A stretch of 64,000 nucleotides of DNA, from NCBI GenBank assembly GCA_905178155.1, contig CAJINV010000002.1, positions 9,063,412-9,127,411 on the forward strand, written 5' to 3'. The notes under the pieces were generated by a model. It ran no database searches. It was not told the DNA's origin and saw only the letters and a list, made by a program, of their open reading frames with translations. Numbering within the stretch: position 1 is the stretch's first letter; every line of letters starts with the position of its first letter. The stretch comes from Amoebophrya sp. A120 (taxonomy: Eukaryota; Protista; Dinoflagellata). This document shows positions 38,926 through 49,070 of this stretch, piece after piece. The translations under genes and the position numbers were made by a program.

Positions 38926-40867
38926 ATGAGGCACGAGAAATGGAAGGACAAAGGACCGAGTTCATCCAGTAGAAGAGCTCGCGGAGCATCGTCACAGTTT
39001 CTTGTTCCATCGCCATCGCCGTCAACGACTCTGCGTGCTGTTTTCCTTTTGCTTGCTACAGGAGAACGATGCGCAGCGACGAGTACAACGTCAGAAGAGG
39101 TCGGTAGCCCAGCATTTACGCAACTCTACTCCCATGTTGATGAATATGGAAGCGTCAGGTTTGAAATCGTCAAAGTTGAAATAGAAATAGTTTGTCACGC
39201 ATAAAATGCAGCCCACAAAGTGCCTGTCTTGCAGGGTAGGCAAGTGACGCAGATTGTAAGCCTGTTGAGGGGTAGACACTGAGCTGCTAAAGTAGCATGA
39301 CAAAAGGCGTCTTCCTTACCCAAACAGCATGACAAACTGGATTTCGGCTCTACCCAAATTTGTCATGCGCCACTTCGAAACTGGGTCACCACGTTCATCC
39401 ATTTTATGCATTACAAGTTACTTTCAACTCTGACGATTTCAATCCTGACGATTTCAATCCTGACGTTTGCATAATGAAGAAAACGGATCCCAGGATGACA
39501 ATTTTCAGCGAAAACTTCTGGTGTGTAATGCCGTCGACCCAGGAGCGACTCCTCATTACGCAGGAGCAACGCCCGACAGTTCGGTAGGGAAAAAGCACCA
39601 GGAGGACGGGGATTCTGGCGAGCTTTTTCTGGAGAAGAACCATAAGCGCACGAAATCCAACCAGCCACTGCAGTTCCGCGAGTGCCGCTTTATTAGCGGA
39701 AAAATCAAGCCGAAAGATGAGATCGGGTTCACGTGGTGGAGAACGGCGCCAGTCGACACCGGGGGAGAAAAGATAACTGATGTTGTTGTACCAGCGCGCG
39801 GCAGAACCACTGATCCGGGGAGGAGTTCTTTTCGTGAAATATACACAACAACAAATAACGATCATGATCGTACAACTGGTACCTCCTCATTCGGCACCTT
39901 CGAGATTAGCGAGCAGCTTCCGCAGCAAGATTCGGTATTGCTGCTGATCGTCCAGAAGAGCGTCGTCAGTGGCGTTTTGGACTTCCAATCCTTCGCTTTT
40001 GGGTCTACCGACGAGTACACGAAGGAAGCCCAAGTCGCGTTTCTGAACGCGGCGGGGGATCGTGGTCTGCTTTCGACCGAATTGCGGAACGAAGTAGACG
40101 ACGACGAACGAAGTGGACGCCCGGACGGCACACCTCGTACTAGCCTCCACGGGCCCGACGGTGCACCAGGTGCCAGAGTATCAAATCAGATCTTGCTCTC
40201 AGACTTAAAAACGAAAGGGAAGCTGACCCGGCAGGAATCCGTGTCGTTCAACAAGGTGTATGCCGTCCACCCGGGCGATTACGAGCTGCAATTGAAGGAG
40301 CCGCGGTTTGGAAGTGGTGGAGGAGCAGCAAGATCGGCTTCCAGGAGTGCTGGTAGCAACGTCGGAGATGTTGAAAGTAGAAGAGCACCCGGACGATCTT
40401 CTGATCCTCGTGATACAGCACGACACTCTTCGCATTCAACTCCAACGACGAAGTTACGCCTTTCCGCCGGGAAGGATTATGTCGTATTCAAGACGGGATA
40501 TGGCGAAACCGCGCGGCTCACTGTTTTCCCAGATGAGTACAAGCTGGATCTTCTCTCGACTGGTTTCCTGTTTGGCAAATCAACCGACGGGAGCGGAAAG
40601 AACACGGCCCCTCCCTTTCTGCAACTCCTCATCGCGATTGCGTACTGCGGGCCGATTTGTGCGCTCCTGTATTGGATGGTTGACAGAACACAGTTGTGGT
40701 GGCAACTGCGCAGTCTGAGAGAAAAGCGCAAAAAAGACGAGGGGATGGATGTGGGGATCGAGAAGTTTCACGACAAGCTGCACAATGAACCCTTGCGTGC
40801 GGGGGAACAAATAAATGTTGCCGTTGCTGGCTTGACTCATACGAAGAAACCGATCGATGAGGTGTGA
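38926..40867 (+). CDS. Signal-peptide plus C-terminal TM protein of unknown function (LLVCNA-type family)
   Basis: ORF 38926 (LRAVFLLLA) joins ORF 39467 across the element at 39145: HVDEENGSQ. TM FLQLLIAIAYCGPICALLYW. The family assignment is from memory of dinoflagellate hypothetical proteins and is unverified. Confidence 0.6.
39145..39473. mobile_element. Introner family D (329 bp)
   Basis: TIR tatggaagcgtcaggtttgaaatcgtca / tgacgatttcaatcctgacgtttgcata, with a 15-bp tandem duplication in the right arm; DR atgaa. Confidence 0.88.
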
Positions 40868-42704
40868 GCTGTTGCACCACCGCTGTGCGCCGGGAGATTG
40901 TAAGCTTGCAAAATGAATACGAATAGGAATATGAAATAAGTTTCAAAAAGAGAAGCTGCGGAATGGTTTGAATAGAGTCGTCGTTGTTTCAAGAAACAGA
41001 AACAAAAGCGCAGCATTTTTGAGTAGGTTCAGCTTAGATATAACAGTTTCAGTAGTTTCAGCAGTATCACTCTTTCTGGGACAGGCTACAAGGAAGTGTT
41101 GTACAAAATGGGCTTCTACTGCAGCCTCCATTGCTGTTTAGTCGATCCTTCTTCCCGGTGTTGGCCATGGTTCCTGCTTGTAGCCGCGCTACTGCGGACG
41201 TTGTTTCGAAGCGATGCTGTCTATCGTGTGACCACTTTTTTCCTGAACTGACGAAGATTCCTCATGTGGAACAACGCGTAAGTAGTGGCTTATTATTTGT
41301 GATTGTAAGTACAAGTGCACATGCGCGGTGAATTTTATCGCGCTGATGTCCACTGCATGTTGCTTCTAGTTCTAGTGTTTCTGCGACAAGAAGACTTTTT
41401 ACTTTTTCACTCGTGTTCCCGACGCAGATAGAGACAAAAAGTGAAAATCAAAAGACGCTCATGAACGCGTACGGAGCGATGCTGCACTCGATCAACCAAA
41501 CAGCCTAACGAGATAAAGAAAGTTCCACAATACAGCCTAACGAGGTCCGGGATCAGGATCAGACCACGATCAGAAATCACGCATTTGGGCGTCCAGTCAA
41601 GGCATTCGGCTTTTCAGTGAGCAATAAATCGCATTTTCAAGTACATGTTGATCCGTCGTCATATTAATTCGGGTCTTCTTCTTGTCAGTGGCAGAAGAAA
41701 AGAACGTAGCCCATAAATAAGATCATCGGTCGTGATCGGTCGTGATGTGCCTCATCGATATCGTTTTTACCTTTTTTTAAACTCGAGGCTGCAGCGCCAA
41801 GCATGATCGCCAGCGAAGATCAAAAAATGGACTGACGTGACAAGTCTGGACTTGGATCAGCATCAATGGTCGACCAAATCACGTCGACCACGCTCCTCGG
41901 TGTGTTGATGATCAACATAGAAGAAGTACTTTGCTAGAAGATCGCTTGCCCGTGAAGACGACGGTGGCTACTGGAATTCAAAGAAGGAGCAAAGCATCGT
42001 TGCCATTCATATCGTCGCAATCCTCCCCGCAGATTATTTCAGGTTTTTGAAATCGTACAACTACAATTATCGGGCGAAGTCCAAAGTATTTTCTCAAGCC
42101 TCGGTGAAAATCAGTATTCGAACAAGCAGCTAGCTTTCTTTTACTTCTTACTTCTTGTCAGAGACGCCTCAAATCGGTTCGAAATGACGTTGATCGGAAT
42201 CCTAATCCCCTAAAGACTACGAAGGCAAAGCCAATACGTTCGGAATCAAATGAGCGGAAATAGCTCGGTCTACACGTTCAGAATGACCATCCTGAGGGAC
42301 TTGACTCGGAGCAAGATCGCGCAGTAAACCTAGAGCACTGACATACGTACTAACCTGCGGGCTTACCACTTGACTCAGAGCCCGATAGGCTCACATCAAG
42401 AACCAATCTGCAACAACCTTGAATGCTTATCCTCACCCACAGGATAACTAGCGATAGCCATCATCATCCTCCGCGTCTAACCTCGAGCCCCCTTGGGTCT
42501 AGCTTGTGTTTATAGGCTACGCCGCGAGCAGGAGCACTTCTAAACAAAGTTATTTTTATTTTTCTCCAAATCCGAAGTACAAAACGCGACTCAAATTTGA
42601 GTCCTCAAGTCAGTCTCTGTAGGATTTTGCTTGAAGTAATCTATCTTGCCAACTCGGGAAGGAGTTTTTTCGTTTTCTCATATTTATTCAAATAACCCCA
42701 AAAA

Positions 42705-45700
42705 ATGCCTACATTGACAAACGGAAGATCCGTGATGGATAGGATGATGTGTCGCATGCCCAATTGCAGCAGCATGCTGCGTCGTCTTCCAGTCACGCTG
42801 CTTTGTTGTTTCTCCCTTCTGCAGAGCCAGTTAGACGCGGTGGGGGCGGTGCAGCTCCAGCTCGGCGCGACGGGAACGAGTGCAGCCGCAGCTTCCTCGT
42901 CTTCCCCGCTGCTGACCGGCCGCGTGCCAAAGCTCGCCAAGGAGATCTTCACACTGCTCCAGCAGGACGAATGGACGATGACGTCGGTGACAGGGTCCCA
43001 CCACAAGTTTCTGAAGGGGAGTTGGAGCCTGATTGTGGCCGTGCACGGCGCGGGCGAAGTGAGCCCGCTGCTGCGGCAGCTTATCCAGCAGCAGCTAATT
43101 TTGGCGGACAACTACAACTACGATTGGGGCGCTTACCTGAAAGCGCGCCAGAGTGGAAACGTGTACATGCGCACAACACGAGGCCGGACCAGCGCTGCTA
43201 CCGGTACTTCTCTCCCCGCGGGAGCTTCCACCGGCGTTCCGTCCGCGCCGGCGGCGCGAGGGGGTCAACCTGTCATGGAGCAGGGCGGTCAATTGCTGTT
43301 GCCCCACTCCGCCGGCGAACGTGCGTCTGCGCAAGAAAGCGCCCGTGAGCGGCAGGAGAGGAGGCAGGCTGTGTTGCAAGAGCAGTTGGATTTCGCGTGG
43401 TATCTCCTCTCGCAACAAGAGTACCGGCTCGCGAACTACTTGCTGGTCACGTACCTGCAAAAGCCAGACTCCTCCAATATCAACTGCAAATATGTCTGCT
43501 GTGTCCGGCAATGAGAATTTGTATACGCTATGCGGTACAAAATAAATGTATGACCGGGCAGCCGTGGTCTTGCGAGCCTGTGAGTCAAGGCCGACCGCTG
43601 GTCGGTCGATATTTTATGGGCGTGGCCAACGCGTCCATTCTATTACGGTATCCAAAGCCTGAGAAGCTTGACATGAAGATAATCGGGGGGCGCCATTTCG
43701 CGCTTTTCTCCCCTGTTTTGTCTGTGTCTCGCTGGGTTTTCAGGGTCTTGCGCCCCTGCCGATGGTAGCTGTGAGTTATTCTGAGTCTTATGAGTTTTCT
43801 GAGTCCCCGGTGAGACAGGCCGACACGAGGTCGGCCTGGTTGGGTTGCGATTTTCCTATCCTAGTGAGACAGGCTGGCACGAGGTCCGCCTGGCTAGGTT
43901 TTGCGCGCGATTTCCCGGTGAGACAGGCGGGCGAGAGGTCCGTCTGGCCGGAAGCTTTATTTCTTTTCCCTAGCGATGAGCGCTAGTAAGTCGGGTGATA
44001 TTCCCCTGTTGCGGTATCTCGTTATATTTCCCACCTTGATTTTTCGGCGGCGGAGTGGAGTTTTCTGGCTACGCTGGTCGCGGTTTCTCCATCTCGGACT
44101 TTCTCGGCCTTGTGGCACTGGCGGTTTGAACCCGTTAAACCTAAAGGAGGGAGGGGGCGAGATGGAAGGGCTGGGCATCTTCGGGCGGCTTATTGGGGAG
44201 ATTTTTCGTTGGCCGCTCTTTGGCTTTGTTGTCGGTGTCCAGCGCCATGGGCCGAGATCTTTCTGTGATGGAGGAACCACGATCAGCGTGGGCAAATTCC
44301 CTCTCGCTCTCTTGATCTTCGACGCCATGAGAATGTGGCAAGCTCTGAGAGAATTTTCGCTCTGATCTTGGAAATCCGCGCTCTTTATTCCGATGTCTTA
44401 TCCTTGACGAAAATCTCCGATCCTCACCACGGGTTCTTGCAAGTTCCTACCAATGTTTCTGGTACGAGGGCCGGATCAAAATGATTTCGCTTGGTCGAGG
44501 AATAGTAGGATGCTTTACGCCTGGGGGATCCCTCGCTGTCGCTTTCCGTTTTCCATTCTTCCAGGGACACATAGGGCCGTCTGTGGTCTTTGTATATATT
44601 GAGCTTCTTCGATAGCATTTTTCTATCTGCTTGCTACCTTTCTTTCCAAAATGTATGGCCGGCGAGGAAGAGATTATTGAGCAGCCGGCTGCCCAGGTGG
44701 GGCAGGGTGGGAACCAGGGCGCTGCTCTTTTGGCTAGCTTTGGGGACCTCCTGCAGAAGACGATCAAGACTGCTGCAGACGAGGAGCAAGTCGTCGAGGC
44801 AGTTGTGAAGCAGAAGGGTCTCGCGTCGCTGGTAGTGGCGACAGTGGTTGTCTTTGCGAAGTATATGCGGGTGCTGAAGAATCGCGAGGCTGAGACCCTC
44901 ACCTTCAAAAGCTTGAGAGAAGTTGTGCAGTTTGCTGCCGCGTGCTTAGTCGTGTCCGGGAAGCAGGTTGAGCATGCCAACCGCTGGGGCCTCAATCTTT
45001 TCGTGAAGTACTGCGCGGACCCGTTTGCGGTTTCGGATATCAATGAGATTTTTGGGGACATGAAGGACCTGATGGGTGAAGATGAGTATGAAGATGTTGC
45101 CCCTGCGCAGGTTGGGGAGGCGCAAAACGCCCCCAAGCTGGAAACTTTGCCGGAGTATGCCTACAAGGTGTGGACCTTTATGAACTCGCTGCTTTTTGTC
45201 CAGTTGGATGCGGTTCGCCGCGCCCGCGCGGCGGGCAAGAAGAACAAGGGCGGCGAAGATGATGGGCCCGCAGCGAAGCGTGCCCGCGGGTCGGGCTCCC
45301 CTGGGGTCTGCGCGAAGTTTTTGAAGGACGGGCATTGTAAGTTCGGCAGCGGTTGCCGTTTCAGCCACGACGCCCCGGAGTCCGAAGATTTTACTCGCCA
45401 AACCGTCGAGCGCATGGGATGGACGGGGTTCGATGTGGCGGAGTCTTGGAAAATCCACGAAGCAAAGGCCAAGAAGTGAGCGGGCCGGCTTTGGCTCAGT
45501 TTTTCCCGTTCCGCTGTCGGGGTGGTCTTGTCTTCTTCTGGGCGCCTGTCTGGGGGTCTTCGGTTTGCTTTGTGCCTTGAGCTTAGATCGTATTTTACTT
45601 CTATGTGGACCATGAGTAGCTCTAGAATTGCAATGCGTGTTTTTGCTATCGAAGTCGCGATGTAGGTATTTTTCTCCGGGGGTCTCTTGACTGCCCGGCC

Positions 45701-47572
45701 ATCCAGTGCGGTCTGCTTTTATGACCGGAAGTGTTCTGAACCAACATCGGTCGTGCTTTCTTTCTCTTGGTGCTTCATTTTATGCCCCTCTTCTCGTCGG
45801 TGTCGCCACTCCGCTCTCGCTTTGGGGCGCTGGTGGTTCCCCAAATTCATCTCCAGTACTGCGTCTGTAGGGTTCTTCGGGGTTGCTTCGGTGCGTTGCG
45901 TCTCCGCCGGTGGGGGTTGGCTCTCCATGCGTTAGCGGGCGCCTTTACCTCCTGTTCTCCGGAGGAGAAATCTCCAATGACGATCATCCCATAGGGTGAT
46001 CCGTCCGTGCAGTTTGGGAATGTGCATAAAATGTATGACCGGGCAGCCGTGGTCTTGCGAGCCTGTGAGTCAAGGCCGACCGCTGGTCGGTCGATATTTT
46101 ATGGGCGTGGCCAACGCGTCCATTCTATTACGGTATCCAAAGCCTGAGAAGCTTGACATGAAGATAATCGGGGGGCGCCATTTCGCGCTTTTCCCACCCA
46201 CCCGCCCCGGGGCACTTTTTCTTTTTTGCAACGGAAGGATCGCGAGGTCTCGCGCCACTCTGACTCTGATTTCAGGGTGTGACAGAGACCCACACTACGT
46301 CTTCTGGATCGGGGGGTTGGCTCTCCATGCGTTAGCGGGCGCCTTTACCTCCTGTTCTCCGGAGGAGAAATCTCCAATGACGATCATCCCATAGGGTGAT
46401 CCGTCCGTGCAGTTTGGGAATGTGCATAAAATTGCAATAATGTTCCACAACCAACATGCATGAGAAAAAATTACTATTTGAGCGGTTACGTTTGTGGCAT
46501 GCCGAGTTGCAAACTGCGCCGTTGCAACATGACGAGCTTGAACGCGGCCTTTTCGTGGCCACGCACGACATTTTTGCAATGCATATCCAAGGCAAGGAAG
46601 CAAAACGCGTTTCTGGAACCTGTGCCAAAGCTGCTGGAAGTCAAACAGCCACGGCCCCAAGAACAAGGTAAACTTTTGTTCGCTTATGTTGCGGTGCTAG
46701 CCGCAGAGGTTCGACGGACCGAGGAAGCGGTCGACGCCGAGGACTCCGGCGCGGCTGAATGGCGGAACCCGCTCCGCCAATTGCACCTCCCACTGCTGAG
46801 CGACGCGCAGCTGGCGGTGAAGGATTCGTACCTCATCGAGTCTCTGCGAGGCCAGGTTTTGCTGTACGGCTATTGGATCCTGAATCCCCTGCAGTTTGCA
46901 GAGGAATATGACCGGAAAGAAGACGGATCCTATGGTCGGAAAGAAGACGGGTCCTATTCTTGTTCCTTTCGCGCGAAAGTGGCGGAAACCACGCAGACAG
47001 ACATGGAGGAACGCCTGCATTTCCTGTGGACCGAGATGCAAGAAATTGCTAACGCTCCCACGACGGCACCGGTTCCTGGTCGGCAGTTGCAGGTCGGCCC
47101 CCCATCTGCCCTCACGTCTGCAGCAGCCGCACCCTCGGGAAAGAAAGGACGCAGAAGTCGGTCCGGCAGCTCACGAAGGTCGTTGGCCTCCAGGAGTAGT
47201 ACCTCCCCGGATGGAAAGCTGATAGCAGATCACGCGACGATTTCCGGGGTTGCTGCTGGCTTTCAGGGAGGCTCTGCTCGGAGCCAATCATCGGGCAGTG
47301 ACGTCAGCGAAGGAGCGCGTAGTGGGAAGACCACAAGTGGTAGACGGAGTAGCTCAAGGAGGAGTAGGTCAAGTGGTAGGAGTAGGAGTAGCTCAAGTAG
47401 GCGTCGCTCAAGAAGGAGGAGCAGCTCTCTACCTTCGCGACTTCCCAGCCAGAAGATGACGAGAGGCGAAGGAAAGAGAGGCCGTGACAGCCTAGGCCGA
47501 CATCACGATTCAGCGGAACAGAGCAATATCGCACAGAGCCACACCGAATCCCTGTTCCCTTGCTTTGTATAG
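42705..47572 (+). CDS. Predicted secreted protein with an N-terminal HicA-like toxin domain and an RS-rich basic C-terminus (exons 42705-43477, 46591-47572; ~584 aa)
   Basis: Signal-like segment MLRRLPVTLLCCFSLLQSQLDAVGA-VQLQ. HicA-like KLAKEIFTLLQQDEWTMTSVTGSHHKFLKGSWSLIVAVHGAGEVSPLLRQLIQQQL at 42930-43097. In-frame junction KPDSSKARKQNAF. Confidence 0.72.
43806..43951 (+). repeat. Three 54-nt-period hairpin repeats
   Basis: Invariant gtgagacaggc at 43810, 43864 and 43918, each followed by a 9-bp stem-loop. Confidence 0.85.
44655..45479 (+). CDS. Putative gag-like ORF with a CCCH zinc finger (274 aa) inside the SDR element
   Basis: Intronless ORF. CAKFLKDGHCKFGSGCRFSH = C-x8-C-x5-C-x3-H, preceded by the basic motif PAAKRARG. 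Confidence 0.7.
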   Translation: MAGEEEIIEQPAAQVGQGGNQGAALLASFGDLLQKTIKTAADEEQVVEAVVKQKGLASLVVATVVVFAKYMRVLKNREAETLTFKSLREVVQFAAACLVVSGKQVEHANRWGLNLFVKYCADPFAVSDINEIFGDMKDLMGEDEYEDVAPAQVGEAQNAPKLETLPEYAYKVWTFMNSLLFVQLDAVRRARAAGKKNKGGEDDGPAAKRARGSGSPGVCAKFLKDGHCKFGSGCRFSHDAPESEDFTRQTVERMGWTGFDVAESWKIHEAKAKK

Positions 47573-49070
47573 CTACTTGTGTGCCCAACGCAAAACGAAC
47601 ACGCACACGAACCGATTTGATTACCAACGCGGTCATCTTGTTAGTTGTAATGTTCTGTGGTCGCATCGAAGAAGATGCTGCCCTTTTTTGTATTTTGTTG
47701 TGCTGGTTCTTAGGTTTTCGTTTTTAATTTTATTCCTTCATCTATCACCATCAGGAGAAGAACAAGTAGGAGTGTTGGCGCATTTTGGCGGAATGCAATT
47801 GCAAGCTCGCAGGGATATGGAAGGTTTTCCCCCGGATTAGTGTCCGACAAGGTGTTGAGAGCATTGGGTTGGAGGATGGAGAAGCGGTCTCTGTCTTGGA
47901 TATCAAACTGAAAAGCATTGTCCCGTCGTCGGAACAGACTAGGCGAGAGACAAGATGTAGCACGTGGCTGCTAGTATTATCTCCAGTGGAAAGATTCACA
48001 ATGTTGCACATGTTGGCCATGCGAATTTTCCGAGGCGATTCGTATATAATTTTTCTGTATTGTAACGCCACCAACGATAGTTGGTCAGTTGTACCTGTGA
48101 TCATGTAAAGGCTGCAGTCTCCTGTCCCTACATTCTAGAGCAAAAAAGCAACAGTTTTTCCATGTGTGTCTGTTGTATGTAGTGAGGTCACCGAACGGTT
48201 CTAACCAGGGAGTTTTTTTGACATATACCCTGAAAAACGACCGGCAGTTTTCAAGCGGTCGGAAGCGTTTTTTGACATAAAAAATTTTCAATTATCAAGC
48301 AGGCGGGGCTTTGCCATCAAACAAGCCCGGTCGAAAACTATCGATTCGCACTTGATAAAACGACGCAGGGGAGCCGGCAAAAGGGGCGCCCTTCTGAGGC
48401 GCCCAGCGCACCTATTTCCGCCGCTTTGGGGCTCCCAAAAAGGGGCGCGCAAAAAACGCGCCCAAAATCAGAACAGCGAAACAGCATGGCACGGCCGCGG
48501 TTTCGGAGCATTTTGGGCGGCCGCGAAAGCGGCCGCCTTTTCGCCGGTTTCAGAGCCTGGAGAGCTTTGCAAAAAGCGCCGGCGTGAAAAATAAAAACGC
48601 GAAAAAGAAAAAGCGCCCCAGACGCGCAAAGCCAATCCGCATGCTATGGGCCCGATTTTTCTTCGCTTTTTGGGCGCCCCCCGTGGCACCCGGATCGGCT
48701 CCATAGCATGGGGGCTGGCTTTCGGAAAGGAATTCCGGAGATTTGCCAAAATTTGCGATGTTTATCGAGCGGCCGCCATACCGTGCGGCCTATCGTTATT
48801 CACGGCGGTATGGCGAGCCCAGAAAAAGCAAAGCCGCGGCCAAGGCGACGGCCGGCAAGAAAACGCCCACGACCTCACTACCCCCGCCCCGGCGGCTATA
48901 TTTGGTAGTGTAAAAAAAGTGCTCCTTTCCATCTGCAAGGGTCATGTTGCGTGGACCTTCACTAAGCAGCCCTGATTTTGGTAGCGCGGTCTAGTGTCCT
49001 CTTTGATTAGTTGAGGCTTCAGTCACTGCAAATATCATGTATTGCGTGTGATAAAATAATTTAGAAGTTC

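Larger units (their letters stand above)
43544..46432 (+). mobile_element. Non-autonomous split-direct-repeat retroelement (PAT/Ngaro-like tyrosine-recombinase class architecture)
   Basis: A1 43544-43708 = A2 46029-46193 (165 bp) and B1 45912-46032 = B2 46312-46432 (121 bp). Order A1-ORF-B1A2-spacer-B2, no TSD, and aaat shared at both ends and at the B1/A2 junction. Confidence 0.82.
43478..46585. mobile_element. Old family-A-like introner (~223 bp originally) expanded to 3.1 kb by a nested retroelement
   Basis: Degenerate TIR tatcaactgcaaatatgtc / gacatttttgcaatgcata. Perfect DR tccaa (43473-43477, 46586-46590); frame restored. Confidence 0.8.

Noticed and set aside
41330-42640. Search for a HicB-like antitoxin next to the HicA-like gene
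   Set aside because: No ORF of 60 aa or more and no HicB-like motif is visible upstream, so there is no support for an intact toxin-antitoxin pair.
43806-43951. Possible CRISPR array or hammerhead ribozymes
   Set aside because: There are only three degenerate units with ~15-nt similar linkers, no cas genes, a eukaryotic context and no hammerhead catalytic core.
43544-46193. LTR retrotransposon or TRIM reading of the A1/A2 repeats
   Set aside because: No TG...CA ends, PBS or TSD. The second repeat pair B1/B2 interleaved with A2 fits split direct repeats instead.
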